Assembly (NCBI GenBank): GCA_047601445.1
Contig: JASGJH010000001.1
Coordinates: forward strand, 8,992,001-9,056,000
Origin: Myxococcales bacterium
GTDB lineage: Bacteria; Myxococcota_A; Polyangia; Polyangiales; DASUME01
DNA length: 64,000 nt
Reading direction: 5' to 3'
The notes below the pieces were generated by a model that saw only the letters and a program-made list of their open reading frames with translations, searched no databases and was not told where the DNA came from. A program made the position numbers and the translations under genes. Shown piece by piece: positions 1-8,490 of the stretch; the stretch's first letter is position 1; each line of letters opens with the position of its first letter.

Positions 1-420
1 CTTCAGCGCGGCGTCACGGTGAACGGCGTGGATCCAGCGGACATGGAGCCGAGCGTGATGGCATTCGAGGGGCCCCAGCGCGCTCGACTCACCCACCACG
101 CCGTCCCCGTCGCGGCCCTCACGCGAGAGATGTTGCCGGCTCACGTAGACTGGCTGTTGCTCGACGTGCACTTGGCGCCTCAAGTGGCGTTGCGCTCCGC
201 TCGACGCATGGCGAGCTGGTATCGCAAGAGTTTGCTCGGCGCGGTGCTCACGCTGAAGCTCAACGACTGGTCGTTTGCAGACCAGGTGGACTCGTTCCTC
301 CAGCAAGCGCAGGAGATGGGCCTGCAGGAGCCGCGCGCCAAGCAGTTCGTCAGTCATCGGCAGGAGCTCGCGGTGGTGGGCCTCACGTCGCGCGGGCAAA
401 AGCGCGGTCGAAAGGGCTGA
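1..420 (+). CDS. 23S rRNA (C2498) 2'-O-methyltransferase RlmM-like / FtsJ-family methyltransferase, C-terminal part (5' truncated by window edge)
   Basis: Frame is open from base 1: LQRGVTVNGVDPADM ... VDWLLLDVHLAP ... VLTLKL resembles RlmM C-terminal motifs. Confidence 0.65.
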   Translation, partial: LQRGVTVNGVDPADMEPSVMAFEGPQRARLTHHAVPVAALTREMLPAHVDWLLLDVHLAPQVALRSARRMASWYRKSLLGAVLTLKLNDWSFADQVDSFLQQAQEMGLQEPRAKQFVSHRQELAVVGLTSRGQKRGRKG

Positions 421-437
421 GCGACTTCGATGTCGCT

Positions 438-659
438 TCAACTCGACTTGGCGGTGCCCACGGCCCCGGACTGAAACTCGCGGACCTGGGCCAAGCGCAA
501 CAGCTCGAACATGGACGTGATGACGTCGGCTAGTCGGTCGACCTCCGCTTCGCTGAGCATGATGGGGCCAGCGCTGCCGATGGGCGAGTCGAGCCATACG
601 ACGACCTGCTGAGCGTAGCCTTCTTCGAACTCGAGCGTGAAAGAGCCATGAAGTGACAC
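438..659 (-). CDS. Small hypothetical protein (73 aa)
   Basis: GTG start at 659, 7 nt after a strong AAGGAGG SD; lies downstream of the cro-like gene on the same strand. Confidence 0.65.
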   Translation of the reverse strand: MSLHGSFTLEFEEGYAQQVVVWLDSPIGSAGPIMLSEAEVDRLADVITSMFELLRLAQVREFQSGAVGTAKSS

Positions 660-771
660 GTTAGAGCCTCCTTGCGAGACGTTGGGGGAGAGGAACGTAC
701 GAAAGCGAAGCAGACGAGGGCGCCTTCGAATGCGCCCGCAATGGCGCGCTCTACGCGCCAAGGATTCAGCG

Positions 772-1008
772 TCAGCCCGTCAATAGAGCGCCGCCGAGGG
801 GAGATGAGCGCGAGAGCTGGTTGAAGAGCTCGCCGACGGGACATTCGAACACGCTCGCGATGCGCTCGAGGTCGTTGGCGTCCGGGACCGAAAGTCCGCG
901 TTCCCACCGCGAGATGGTCTGCGGATCTCTCTTGATGTTGCGCGCCAGCTGCTGCGCGCTCACGCCGCGGGCACGCCTCATTTGTGCGATGCGTTGACCA
1001 ATATGCAT
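772..1008 (-). CDS. XRE-family helix-turn-helix protein (Cro-like, 78 aa)
   Basis: IGQRIAQMRRARGVSAQQLARNIKRDPQTISRWERGLSVP is a typical HTH_3 motif. Confidence 0.9.
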   Translation of the reverse strand: MHIGQRIAQMRRARGVSAQQLARNIKRDPQTISRWERGLSVPDANDLERIASVFECPVGELFNQLSRSSPLGGALLTG

Positions 1009-1012
1009 TGAC

Positions 1013-1055
1013 CAACAATTGGTTGTTGATGACTAGCTGTCAACGTTGATTGTTG
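1013..1055. promoter_or_regulatory. Operator-like palindromes plus minus-strand sigma70 promoter between divergent XRE genes
   Basis: CAACAA-TTGG-TTGTTG (1013-1028) and CAACGTTGATTGTTG (1041-1055); minus-strand TTGACA (1043-1038), 17 nt spacer, AATTGT (1020-1015). Confidence 0.6.
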
Positions 1056-1090
1056 TGTGCGGGCGATTCCGTCATGCTCGCTAGGCAAAA

Positions 1091-1723
1091 ATGCCTAGGC
1101 GTGGAAGAGATCCCGAGCAGGTGCGGGAAGCAGTGGGTGGACGGGTCGTCGCGGCGCGCAGGCGCATAGGCCTGACCCAGGTGCAGCTGGCGCAGGCGGT
1201 GGGCGTGGATGGCCAAACGATCTCGAAGATCGAGCGCGGCCTGCAAACGCCCACCGGCACTACGCTGCGCGGGTTGTCCGAGGTACTGCGCGTGTCCTCG
1301 AGCCACTTGCTCGGCGAGGGGGACGGCTGGGGCGAAGTGCGTGCGAGCAAGGCGACGGCGCCCGCGGATCTCACGCAGCAAGGGCGTCGCATGATCGAGG
1401 AGTACCTCGGCAGCACCCACGGACGTTCGGCGCCCAAGGACGTGAAGGCGCGGCTGCGGGAGGGCCAGGTCTTCACCTCGCTCGGGGTCACCTCTCCGGG
1501 CTGGCGAGACGTCGAAGACCTGCGCAACATCCTCGAGCGACAAAGCTCACAGGGGGCGGCAAGTCCGTCTGCGCTCACGGCTCGGGATGGGGCGCGAAAG
1601 CTCGGCAATTCCTATCGCCGCGGCAGAACGGCGCAGGAAGACGACGCGAGTTTGGCAGTGGAACCTCTTCCACGGTCGGCGGCGCGGAAGACGAAGCGCC
1701 CGCGCAAGCGACGCGACGGCTGA
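1091..1723 (+). CDS. XRE-family transcriptional regulator (CI-like N-terminal HTH, uncharacterised C-terminus)
   Basis: VGGRVVAARRRIGLTQVQLAQAVGVDGQTISKIERGLQTP HTH_3 motif. Confidence 0.88.
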   Translation: MPRRGRDPEQVREAVGGRVVAARRRIGLTQVQLAQAVGVDGQTISKIERGLQTPTGTTLRGLSEVLRVSSSHLLGEGDGWGEVRASKATAPADLTQQGRRMIEEYLGSTHGRSAPKDVKARLREGQVFTSLGVTSPGWRDVEDLRNILERQSSQGAASPSALTARDGARKLGNSYRRGRTAQEDDASLAVEPLPRSAARKTKRPRKRRDG

Positions 1724-2123
1724 AGGCAGCGCGCCCGCGGCGTTCCGGAGCAAGCCAGGTTTCAGCGTGCTCCGCGCGCCAAGGCAGGCGTGTTTTCGTG
1801 AGCCTCGCCGCGAACCGAGCGCACACCACTGCGAGCCCATGAAACAATTCTGCGTGCGTGAAAGAGACTTCGCCATCGTGGGAACCGGGGGGCCCCGGCC
1901 GAGCCGCGCCCCGTCACCCGTCTTTCAGGGTGATCCTCGCTAGAATCGCGGGTTTTTCCTGGCACAAAGGTCCGCGAAGCTCGAGGTGCGTGATCGCGTC
2001 AGCGATGCGCGCGCTCTCAAGTGCTTCTGCCCGGTCATTGGGAGGTGGCCGGGCTTCTTTATTTCGTGCTCCGAGCTTTCCGAATTTCTCGCGGTAGGGT
2101 GGAGAGTGCCGAAACAAACGTCG

Positions 2124-3065
2124 ATGACGATGGCCTTGCCGGATGGTGCGCTCGACGTCGAGCTCGCGTGGGCTCTGCTACTTACTCTCGCTCAGAAGGC
2201 GCGCGAAGGCCGTCCGTTGACGCGTGAAGCGGGCTTTGCGCTGGTGCGCGACGGCTTCCGCCAAGTGCCCATCGAAGACGCTCTGTGCATCATCAACCCG
2301 CGTGCCACCCCTGGCCGCCAAGTCGAGGTGCGGCGGCGCCTCACGGTGCATCCGGACGTTCGCGGTCTGTTCGAGCTCTATCTGCCGCTCGTGATTGGGG
2401 AACGTGCGAGAGAGCTCACGGTGGGCCACCTGGGACCGGACTCCGACGAGTCGCGTTCCCAGTCAGGGGAGGGGCAAGCGCTCCAGCCGGCCCGTGAGGA
2501 GCAGCTCCACACCCACCGCATGCGGGCCTTGTTCGATGCCACGATCCTCGGTGTCCGCACGGTGCTCTGGGACGATCCATTGGTCACCACTCGACTCGTG
2601 CCCGGGCCTCATCCCACGCGCGTCATCCTCGACCCGCACGGGCGACTCGAGAGCGCTCGCAGGGTGCTCACCGAGCCCGACGCGCACACCATCGTGTGTG
2701 TCGACCCCGCGCTCCTGCCGCAGCGCACGAACCAGGGCCACCTCGATTACCTTGGGATCCCCACGGGGCCCGACGGCTTCGAGGCGTCCGCGCTATTGCA
2801 CGCTCTGCGCAGCAGGTTCGGGTTGCGCCGTATCTTCGTGGAAGGCGGGAGCACCACGGTCTCGCGGTTGGCTGGCGCGGGTCTCCTCGATCGCGTGCAG
2901 GTCAGCGTGGCGCCCGTGGTGCTTGGCTCGGGGCCGGTGCTGCGACTGTCGCCCTTGAACGCGCTCAAAGAGACGCTCTCGCCGAGCTGTCGTCATCTGC
3001 GCCTCGGCACGGAAGCCTTCTTCGACTTCGACCTCGTCAGTACGCCGGGTGCCCTGCAGGCCTGA
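2124..3065 (+). CDS. RibD C-terminal (reductase-like) domain protein with degenerate motifs; start uncertain
   Basis: HRMRALFDA..G..TV..DDP..T.R, RVILDP, IFVEGGSTT, LLDRVQVSVAPVVLGSG. Confidence 0.8.
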   Translation: MTMALPDGALDVELAWALLLTLAQKAREGRPLTREAGFALVRDGFRQVPIEDALCIINPRATPGRQVEVRRRLTVHPDVRGLFELYLPLVIGERARELTVGHLGPDSDESRSQSGEGQALQPAREEQLHTHRMRALFDATILGVRTVLWDDPLVTTRLVPGPHPTRVILDPHGRLESARRVLTEPDAHTIVCVDPALLPQRTNQGHLDYLGIPTGPDGFEASALLHALRSRFGLRRIFVEGGSTTVSRLAGAGLLDRVQVSVAPVVLGSGPVLRLSPLNALKETLSPSCRHLRLGTEAFFDFDLVSTPGALQA

Positions 3066-3190
3066 GCCGGCTTCGGCCGCGCGTCGGAAGGGTGAGCAGC
3101 TCCCTCGAGGATAGAAGGAAGCGGTGCTCGGGATATCCTGAGCGCTTCGACTTCTCGTGCTGGAGAGGCTGCCTCTTGGGCAGGGGAAAG

Positions 3191-3266
3191 TGGAGCCCGG
3201 AACTGGATTCGAACCAGCGACCTGCGCATTACGAATGCGCTGCTCTACCGACTGAGCTATCCGGGC
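3191..3266 (-). tRNA. tRNA-Thr (anticodon CGT)
   Basis: 76-nt cloverleaf GCCCGGATAGCTCAGTCGGTAGAGCA GCGCA-TTCGTAA-TGCGC ... GGTTCGAATCC ... TCCGGGC T CCA. Confidence 0.97.
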
Positions 3267-3295
3267 AAGACACCGAAATCCCGAAACGGGGCGCA

Positions 3296-3324
3296 TAGGT
3301 AGCCCGCGGGGCCAGCCCTGTCAA
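3296..3324 (-). promoter_or_regulatory. Putative sigma70 promoter of tRNA-Thr
   Basis: TTGACA-17 nt-TACCTA about 30 nt upstream of the tRNA. Confidence 0.55.
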
Positions 3325-3378
3325 ACTCCAGTCCGGGCCACCGCGGGTGCGGTTTTTCTGGCCGAAGACGGGGGAGCG

Positions 3379-4443
3379 ATGGGTGCCACCAAGCGCGCGG
3401 GCAGCGGGGACCGCACGAGCGGCAAGTCCGTGGTTGATCTGCGTTCGGATACGCTGACCAAGCCCAGCGCCGAGATGCGCAAGGCGATGGCGGCGGCCGA
3501 GGTGGGCGATGATGTCTACGGCGAGGACCCCACCGCGCTCGAGCTCGAGGCGCGCGTGGCGGAGCTCCTGGGCAAGGAGGCGGCGCTGTTCGTTCCGTCG
3601 GGCAGCATGGGCAATCAGATCGCGCTCATGTTGCACTGCCGACGCGGCGATTCGGTGGTGGTGGGCGAGGGCACGCACTGCATGGTCTACGAAGCGGGCG
3701 CCGCGGCCGCGCTGGCTGGGGTGCAGTTCAGCGTGGCGGGGAAGGGGGGCCTGTTCTCGCCGGCCGAGCTGGAGGCGGCCTTCATCCCGGATCACGTAAG
3801 TGCGTCGCGCTCGAGGCTCGTGGTGCTCGAAAATACGCACAACCGCGCCGGGGGGCGCGTGTTCCCGCAGCCCGAGCTCGAGGAGGTCGCGCGTCGGGCG
3901 CGCGCGCTGGGGCTCGCCGTGCACATGGATGGAGCGCGGCTCTGGAACGCGGCAGCGGCCACCGGGCTCGCGCTTTCCGTGCTCGCTGCGCCGGCGGACA
4001 CCGTGAGTGTTTGTTTCTCCAAGGGGCTCGGCGCGCCGGTGGGCTCGGCGTTGCTCGGCTCCCGCGAGCTCGTGCGTGAAGCGCGCAGGCTGCGCAAGCT
4101 GCTCGGTGGCGGCATGCGGCAAGTGGGCGTGCTGTGCGCGGCGGCGCTGTTCGCGCTGGAGCATCACCGCGATCGGCTGCAGGAGGACCACGCCCTGGCA
4201 CGTCGGCTGGCTCACGGTCTCGTGGGCCTGGCTGGCTTGCGCGTGGATCCGGAAACGGTCGACACGAACATCGTCAACATCGATATCTCCGGGCTCGCTG
4301 CCGGGGCCATGGTGAGCCGGCTCGCCGAAAATGGCGTGCTGGTGAACGCGGTGGGTCAATTTCGGCTGCGCGCGGTCACCCATCGGGACCTGGAAATCAG
4401 GGATATCGACGCGGCGCTGGACGGGTTTGCGCGCTCCGTGTAG
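3379..4443 (+). CDS. ltaE: Low-specificity L-threonine aldolase
   Basis: [49 protein letters not shown] (PLP lysine), GGGMRQ. Confidence 0.95.
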   Translation: MGATKRAGSGDRTSGKSVVDLRSDTLTKPSAEMRKAMAAAEVGDDVYGEDPTALELEARVAELLGKEAALFVPSGSMGNQIALMLHCRRGDSVVVGEGTHCMVYEAGAAAALAGVQFSVAGKGGLFSPAELEAAFIPDHVSASRSRLVVLENTHNRAGGRVFPQPELEEVARRARALGLAVHMDGARLWNAAAATGLALSVLAAPADTVSVCFSKGLGAPVGSALLGSRELVREARRLRKLLGGGMRQVGVLCAAALFALEHHRDRLQEDHALARRLAHGLVGLAGLRVDPETVDTNIVNIDISGLAAGAMVSRLAENGVLVNAVGQFRLRAVTHRDLEIRDIDAALDGFARSV

Positions 4444-4454
4444 TACCTTTGCCT

Positions 4455-5504
4455 ATGCTTAGCCGGGTCCTGCTCGTCGCCTCTGTCTGCTCGCTATCTG
4501 CCTGCGCGCCCACCATCTCCATGCCGCGCGGCGAGGACCACCTCAACGCGCTCGCCGAGGCCGAGGCGCATCAGGTGCACGGTCGCGATGAAGAGGCCAT
4601 CAAGGCCTTCGGCAAGGCCGCCGAGACCGCAGAGCGGCGCGTGGATCGCGATGAGGCCCTCTACCGACAGAGCCGCGTCTACGCCCACATGCGCGACTAC
4701 AAGAACGCGCTGGCGATCTGTGACCGGCTCGCCGAGGCCGACCCGCCCGCGCGTCGAACCATGCGCGCCAAGCTGGACGGTGCACGCTATCGCATCCAAC
4801 TCGGCGACACGGCCCGCGCCGAACGCGACCTGCGCGCCATCGTGGTGGAGTATCCCGACGACGCCGCCGCCAAGGGAGCGCTGCGCACGCTGGTGCAGAT
4901 CCACGTGAAAGACTCGGACAAGATCGAGGACGCGCTGTTCTGGCTCAAGACGCTGGAATCCGAGATCGAAGAAGGCAACACCACGCACGAGGCGTTGCTC
5001 AGCCTGGAAGCCGATCTCTTGATCGCCAAGGGCAAGAAGTCCGAGGCCATCGAGGTGCTCGAGCAGCAAATCGAGCAGTACCCGTATCCGCACGGCCGAC
5101 GCTGGGACGACGCGCTCTGGCTGCTGGCGGACCTGGCGCTCGAGGACAACGACCCGCAGACCGCCATCGATCGGCTCCAGAGCATGATCGCGGTGCACGA
5201 GTCGAGCTTCATCCTGGGCAGCTACACGCGCCCGCTGTTCTCCAAGGCGGCCCTACGCATCGCGCGCATCTACCGCGATAACCTCGACGATGACAAGGCC
5301 GCGCTCAAGGCGTTCGCGCGGGTGCGTAGCGAGTTCCCCAACTCACTGGTGGTCGACGACGCGCTCGAAGAAGAAGCCATGCTGCGCATCGAGAACGGCG
5401 ACTCCAAGCAGGGCTGCAACTTGCTGCGCGAGGTGCTGCAGAAGCACGAAGTGGGTTCGGCCCGTCGTCACGCCGAGGAACGCATCTCCCAGCACTGCCA
5501 GTGA
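4455..5504 (+). CDS. TPR-repeat lipoprotein (BamD/YbgF-like repeats)
   Basis: Signal peptide with LSAC lipobox; helical TPR repeats with EYPD, QYPY and EFPNS turns. Confidence 0.75.
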   Translation: MLSRVLLVASVCSLSACAPTISMPRGEDHLNALAEAEAHQVHGRDEEAIKAFGKAAETAERRVDRDEALYRQSRVYAHMRDYKNALAICDRLAEADPPARRTMRAKLDGARYRIQLGDTARAERDLRAIVVEYPDDAAAKGALRTLVQIHVKDSDKIEDALFWLKTLESEIEEGNTTHEALLSLEADLLIAKGKKSEAIEVLEQQIEQYPYPHGRRWDDALWLLADLALEDNDPQTAIDRLQSMIAVHESSFILGSYTRPLFSKAALRIARIYRDNLDDDKAALKAFARVRSEFPNSLVVDDALEEEAMLRIENGDSKQGCNLLREVLQKHEVGSARRHAEERISQHCQ

Positions 5505-5690
5505 GATCGTCGCGGGCCTAGCGGCTGGGCCCGGCGCTCGAACACACGGCTGTGTCAGCGAGCGAGCGCACACGTGCTCGGCCGGCCGGCGACCTGGCGG
5601 TTCGGCTCGAAAGTGATCGGTGAGCTCGCGACTCCGGGCGAAAGCAGGGCGATCCCGACGGGGTCGCGCTTTCGCGCACGAGAGTGGGGA

Positions 5691-6083
5691 TCAGAGCAGT
5701 TCGTCGTCGGAGGCGGGGGCGTCGGCGTCGTCTTCGTCGCCGTCGTCATCATCCTCGTCGTCGTCTGCTTCGGCCTCTTCCTCTTCCTCTTCCTCTTCCC
5801 CGGTCGTACGCGCGTACTTGAGGTCGATGCCGACGTCGACAAGCGCGGACTCGAGCAGCTCGAAGAGCTCATCGACATCCTCACCCGACCACTCGTCCAG
5901 CATCTCGGAGAGGAAATCGTAGAAGTCGCCGCTGTCGATGCGACGCTCGATCTCTTCGACCTGTTCTTCGGTGAACGCCTCCATGATGTCTTCACGGAGC
6001 GTGTCGGTGTCGCCTTCCTCGATCGCCTCGTCCGCCGAGATCTTGATTTGCCGAACGGCACGTTTGTCGAGGTAAATGTCCAT
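5691..6083 (-). CDS. Highly acidic hypothetical protein (130 aa, poly-E/D tail)
   Basis: GC3-biased ORF; GAAGGA SD; about 55 of 130 residues are D/E. Confidence 0.85.
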   Translation of the reverse strand: MDIYLDKRAVRQIKISADEAIEEGDTDTLREDIMEAFTEEQVEEIERRIDSGDFYDFLSEMLDEWSGEDVDELFELLESALVDVGIDLKYARTTGEEEEEEEEAEADDDEDDDDGDEDDADAPASDDELL

Positions 6084-6110
6084 GGTCGGGTCCTTCCAGA
6101 AGCGCGCGGT

Positions 6111-6138
6111 AATATATGTTTGCGACTTGGCCTGTCAA
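6111..6138 (-). promoter_or_regulatory. Near-consensus sigma70 promoter of the acidic-protein gene
   Basis: TTGACA-16 nt-TATATT on the minus strand. Confidence 0.65.
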
Positions 6139-6478
6139 CAACGTGAAGCGCTTGTGGCTGGGGCGGGTCGCGCCGCAGGTCTCGCGTAAATTTCTGGCAC
6201 TTGCACCGTTTTCTGCAAGCACCGTCTGTGGTCGTTGTTTACGATGCTGCCGGATGCGGACGCCCACGCGATGCGGCTCGCGCGCCAGTCTGCGCGCCGG
6301 TTTGGAGAGCACGTGGCGCCCCGGGCGCGGCGGACCCGACCTCGCACACGCCTCGCAGAGGGCAGTGAGGGGTGCAGGCAGCAGTTTCCACATCCCATGC
6401 GCCGGGTCGGCCCCCCAGCGTAGCGGGCGCTGCGATGCGCGGCGCGTCCGCTCAGGGGATGGGCCTGGTCGCGCTCGG

Positions 6479-7159
6479 GTGAGCCTGAAAAGGGCCGCCT
6501 GCGATGCATCACGCTGGCTCCTCGTCGTCTTGTTCGTGCTCCTCGTCGGCTCGGCAATGCCGGCAAGCCGCGCCCACGCTGGGGCACCCGAACAGCGGAC
6601 CAAGGCCGTGGCGTTCGAAATTCCACCCGCGCCCGCGCGTGCCAAGCCGCGCCTCGCGCTGGAGCTGCACGCCACCTTCGCGAGTCCGCTGGACAATCAC
6701 TCCCTGTGTCCCAGTGGTGTCGGCTGTGTATTGCAGAGCGGCGGCGGTCTCGGTGGTTCGCTCGAACGACGTTGGCCGACCGGTCTCGGGGCCTTTGGTG
6801 CCTACGACGTCTGGTTCCTGGACAGCGACTCGGTCTACGAGCTCGGGGTGCAGCAGGCTTTCCGCGGCGGTGTTCGGTACACCATGCCCACCGAGAACAT
6901 CTTTCACCCATTGTTCGATGTGAGCCTTGGCGTGATGGGATATGGGGATACCTTCCGCGTTGCCACCGTAGGAGCCCTCGTGGAGTTTTTCGCGGGTGGA
7001 GAGGTCGAGCTGAGCGCCACCTTCGGGGTGCGGGCAGGCATCGGCCTGCGGGTTTTTACCGTCAGCCCCTTCCGCACCGAGCGCGACAGCATCGAGCGCG
7101 GTCAAAGCGGGGTCTTCGCGGAGATGTTCTTGGCCCAGATGGGCCTTACCGTGATGTAG
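6479..7159 (+). CDS. Secreted/outer-membrane beta-barrel-like protein; start uncertain
   Basis: Hydrophobic signal ending AHA, then Gly/aromatic-rich alternating beta strands. Confidence 0.6.
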   Translation: MSLKRAACDASRWLLVVLFVLLVGSAMPASRAHAGAPEQRTKAVAFEIPPAPARAKPRLALELHATFASPLDNHSLCPSGVGCVLQSGGGLGGSLERRWPTGLGAFGAYDVWFLDSDSVYELGVQQAFRGGVRYTMPTENIFHPLFDVSLGVMGYGDTFRVATVGALVEFFAGGEVELSATFGVRAGIGLRVFTVSPFRTERDSIERGQSGVFAEMFLAQMGLTVM

Positions 7160-7320
7160 GTGTGGCGGACCTGCACTCGTGGGCGCCCCCCTGGTGAGAA
7201 CCGGAGGGCGTGCGAGGCGCCGGTTGGACCCGGGCAGGGCCCGGATGGGGCGACCTTAGGCGATGGAATCGTTGACGAACCTTGACGGGGGCCATGGGAC
7301 CACGGTTCACTGCCGGTGAC

Positions 7321-8490
7321 ATGCGTTGTGGCAGCTGTGGGTGGGACAACCCAGCAGGCATCATCTTCTGCACCAATTGCGGCAAGCGCGGCCTCGACGA
7401 GGCAGCCGCGGAGCCAGCGCGTGCGCCTTCTGGCCCGCTCCAGGAGCGTGCTCGTCCGCCGACGATGGCCTACCGCGTAGGGCAGGCGGAGATCGCGCGC
7501 CCCGCTCCCGCTGGGGCGGCCTGTCAACGCTGTGGCGCCGCGAGCGCGCCCGGGCTGCGATTCTGTCGCGAGTGTGGAGCGCCCATCGAAGGCGCGGCTC
7601 CTCCGCCGGCGGCCTCCCCGGCACCCGCGATCGACTACGGACACCCTGCGCAGGATGCTGGGGGCTTCGGAGCCCCGGCACCGGTCCAGGTCCGCACCTT
7701 CACGCCTCCGAGTCCTGCCACGCCCCAGCCGTTCGCCCCGCCAGCGCCAGCGCCCGCGGCCTACGCGAGCCCGGCTGCGAGCGTGGCCCGGCTCGTGATG
7801 CTGCTCCGGGATGGCTCGGAGGGCAGGACGATCCCCCTCAACGAGGGAGACGCCGATATCGGCTCCCGAGAGGGCGAAATCATCTTCGGGGACGATCCCT
7901 ACCTGTCTCCGCGCCACGCGCGGGTCTCGTGTCGGGCAGGAGCGTACACACTGCGCGATCTGGATAGCGCCAATGGCGTCTACGTGCGTTTGCGTGATGT
8001 CCAGGACCTGCACGATCGGGATATGATTCTCCTCGGCCAGCAGGTGTTACGATTCGAGCTCCTTCTGGACGGAGAGTTGCCCCTGGGGCCGGCTTGGCAA
8101 GGCGGGGTGCTCGTCTTCGGGACCCCCGAAGTGTCGCGGTTCGCGCGGCTCGTTCAGTACACCACCGAAGGCGTAGGACGGGACGTGCACTACCTTTTTC
8201 GTGACGAAACCGTAATTGGGCGTGAGAATGGGGACATTGTCTTTACCGACGACCCATTTCTGTCACGGCGCCATGCGGCGATTCGCATCGATCACGCAGG
8301 GCACCGCTTTACGCTGCACGATCTGGGCTCGTCCAATGGGACCGCACTTCGCATTCGTGGAGAGCATGTGCTGAGGGATGGGGACCAGTTTCGGATCGGC
8401 AGGCACTTGTTCCGCTTCGAAAACACGCTCGCGGGCGGTCCCGCCCGCTTCGACGCCGCAGGCTCCGTGGGAGGCCGCTCTGAACGATGA
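7321..8490 (+). CDS. Double zinc-ribbon + tandem FHA-domain protein
   Basis: CxxC..CxxCG twice, Pro/Ala linker, two FHA domains (IGR/IGS..LS.RHA..DL.S.NG). Confidence 0.9.
   Translation: MRCGSCGWDNPAGIIFCTNCGKRGLDEAAAEPARAPSGPLQERARPPTMAYRVGQAEIARPAPAGAACQRCGAASAPGLRFCRECGAPIEGAAPPPAASPAPAIDYGHPAQDAGGFGAPAPVQVRTFTPPSPATPQPFAPPAPAPAAYASPAASVARLVMLLRDGSEGRTIPLNEGDADIGSREGEIIFGDDPYLSPRHARVSCRAGAYTLRDLDSANGVYVRLRDVQDLHDRDMILLGQQVLRFELLLDGELPLGPAWQGGVLVFGTPEVSRFARLVQYTTEGVGRDVHYLFRDETVIGRENGDIVFTDDPFLSRRHAAIRIDHAGHRFTLHDLGSSNGTALRIRGEHVLRDGDQFRIGRHLFRFENTLAGGPARFDAAGSVGGRSER

Noticed and set aside
1960..1976. Sigma54 promoter TGGCACAAAGGTCCGC upstream of the ribD-like gene
   Set aside because: GG-to-GC spacing is 11, not the obligatory 10
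421..3266. Integrated element at the tRNA-Thr 3' end carrying the XRE pair
   Set aside because: No integrase and no convincing duplication of the tRNA 3' end (only a weak resemblance near 463-487)
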